DNA of 63,703 bases, taken from NCBI RefSeq assembly GCF_001194135.2, contig NC_068986.1:67096467-67160169 (forward strand). The letters run 5' to 3'. Both the position numbers and the translations under genes were made by a program. How positions within the stretch are numbered: position 1 is the stretch's first letter; the number at the start of each line of letters is the position of its first letter. The stretch comes from Octopus bimaculoides. Its lineage: Eukaryota. The notes below the pieces were generated by a model, which made no database searches, was not told the DNA's origin, and was given only the letters and a program-made list of their open reading frames with translations. Of the stretch, positions 61,431 through 63,703 are shown piece by piece.

Positions 61431-61889
61431 TATCATTGAACCACTACTGTGGTTGAATATATTCTTAAGTCCGCCATTTCGTCAATCGCGGCAGCTTCCA
61501 AGCTTCACCACTAATTCAGTTCTCAACTAAATTGCAAGCTGTTAATAATCTTAAAGAGGACACCTCCTCAGCTACATTTTGGCATATATAGTTTGAGATT
61601 TGGTTCAGTAGAAAAAAGGCAACATCAAAATATCTGCGACCTCAAGGAAAGCAGTAAAGCAGATATTCATCTTCAATTAACATAAATTTTAAAATTTTAA
61701 ATTAAAAGTATACCTTTCTTATGCTTAAACGATAGAAAAATGCATGAGAAATTTAGAATCGCTAGTCGCATTGAACAAAAATTAATAGAAAAGGAGTTAT
61801 GAGGTAAAATGTCACGAAATTTCATATCAGTAAGTAAGGAAGTAAGGAAGTAACGCTTATGCAATAAGAATAAAGAATATATTTCTAAA
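61431..61889 (+). repeat. Second copy of the 35001-35460 sequence
   Basis: Colinear match from TATCATT to TTTCTAAA. Confidence 0.9.
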
Positions 61890-61906
61890 GTTACTGTTTA
61901 CTCTCT

Positions 61907-62300
61907 GAGGCGGCGGGCTGGCAGAAACGTTTTTGAGTTCAATTTTCGCTGAGGTTGGCTTTAGCATACAGATTATTTAATTATTTTTTTTTTTTAACTA
62001 AGCACTTTCACACTTCCGATGCTGGTAGAATATGTCACATAGTACTAGGTTTATTCTTAACGTTTTTGAAAAAATTTTGTATTTTAGAAGCGGTATGTCG
62101 TCTGTTTTTAGGTTTTGAGTTCAAATTTCGCCGAGGTCGACTTTGCCTTTCATCCTTTCGGATCTATTCAATTAGACGTACAGATTATTTAATTATTTTT
62201 TTTTTAACTAAACACTTTCAAACTACGGATACTGGTAGAATGTGTCACATAGAACAGGGTTTACTGTTAACGTTTTTGACAAAATTTTGTATTTTAGAAG
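61907..62300 (+). repeat. SINE family C pieces interleaved with a duplicated about 123-bp segment
   Basis: TACAGATTATTTAATTA..TTTTGTATTTTAGAAG at 61967-62090 and 62179-62300; SINE text TTTGAGTTCAA.TTTCGC.GAGGT appears twice. Confidence 0.85.
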
Positions 62301-63183
62301 TTCTTTCGTCAAAAATTGCGGAGTGACAATGGACAAATTGGTATTTAGTAAGTGCCAATATACGAAAGTCTCAGCTTTGACTTACTCTCTAGCTTCTGCC
62401 GATGATATATATGCATATTACGTATATGTGTAAAAAAATCTCATCACGCAATCGATCCAATGAAAGAGCCTCTACCTGGTCGCTCGACACGCTAAAAATA
62501 GCAGCGGAAGTATCCCCCTACCTACATCATATGCCTACTGTATGTAATGTCTTAGATTATCCCTAAAAAGACGGTTTGCTGAAGGCTGGAATATCTTTGA
62601 TGATAGATTTCCTGTATCAGGGTTGATTTGAGGCTAAATAAGAACAACACTATGGTCAATTTCTATATTAACACCCGCACGATTTTCACTAAGAAAAAAA
62701 AAAAATTTGCGTGGAATCAAGTACCTTGATGCAAATCCCTTATTTTCGTTCGGAAAAAAATGAGGTGGGGTGTTCCTCCAATCCCGGAATCATTGGAAAT
62801 TTTTTTCGTTGAATGAATTCTTGTGACTTCCTAATATTGCAAAATTAGGTTACTTAAGGTGAGCCTGGTAATTGATGGTTTGGGGGTCTTGTTGTTTGTA
62901 ACTTTTGGTGAGCCATGGTGCAACCAACAACATGGTAAAAATTCCTGCCATTAATTTGGTGTGGATGGGTAATATCAAATAACTCAATCACAGCATATTT
63001 TGAAATGAAACACGGAAAAATTGAAATATTATCTTTCAGTATTTCAGTATGTTATAAGGTAAAATCTTAAATTATTAATTGACACATTATTAATTATCTT
63101 ATAACAGCAATACCTGGAAAAATCATGGATTACATGGAAAAATTCGAGCACGAAAAGTCATATTCTTAAAATTATAAATCTGG

Positions 63184-63256
63184 AAAAGTACAGGAAAGTT
63201 ATTGCACCTGTAAAAGTATAGGACAAGTTATTACATCTGTAAAAGTAGAGGACAAG
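63184..63256 (+). repeat. About 29-bp minisatellite, 2.5 copies
   Basis: AAAAGTA.AGGA(C)AAGTTATT.CA.CTGT starts at 63184, 63212 and 63241. Confidence 0.85.
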
Positions 63257-63703
63257 CGGTACCTATTTAATAGTGATTTTTTAGGTAATTTAAATGTCTT
63301 GCTCGCTTACGCTTTGGTATCCCGCTAAATTCCGTTTTGAGAACAAGTTAGGTCTTAGTAGACACAAGATGTGATCTATTTCTAGCACATTGAATGTCTA
63401 CGTTAGTGGTCAACGTTATATATAAAAATATACTTTAATCCCCTGAGATTGCAGATACTGTTTCTGAATCTCTTTGATTCTTTAAATGTGCTAGCTTCCT
63501 GGTAATTAATCGATATTAATTAATATATGATTTTTACCCTATGTTAATGTATTAACCATAACCAAAGTTCTCAAACTAGATATATGCGACACAGTAAATA
63601 TTTTCTGCAGACATATTCCTGGAATTAGCGCGCCAAAACGAAGACTTTTGAATTTTACCATTAAGCTGTAATTAACAGAACCATATACACGTGCACCTAT
63701 GAC

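Overview
AT-rich, microsatellite-dense animal genomic DNA with 11 N-gaps. No host protein-coding gene is recognisable, so this is probably intronic or intergenic; only weak candidate exons are seen. The SINE, microsatellite and transposon landscape resembles an Octopus/coleoid genome (pattern recognition, not a database result). Contents: four SINE-like families; decayed Tc1/mariner elements (DD34D mariner, DD41D-type, maT-like); a piggyBac remnant; a near-complete Chapaev3-like transposon with TAA target duplications; LINE remnants (two R4/Dong-type, two RTE, one Tx1/L1-type endonuclease); and three Penelope-like GIY-YIG remnants. The most interesting signal is a set of non-coding repeats carrying minimal type I hammerhead-ribozyme motifs of at least three kinds. 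These include short palindromic elements whose two arms are each a hammerhead on opposite strands (3518-3710, 19927-20048) and a variant with an extra A before G12 present in two copies (1402-1459, 58422-58479). Also notable: mariner derivatives built from two 5' ends, a DD41D derivative built from two 3' ends, an RTE insertion with a twin-priming-type inversion, and a tandem repeat made from a transposon's left junction. All family names come from recalled motifs; no search or folding program was run.
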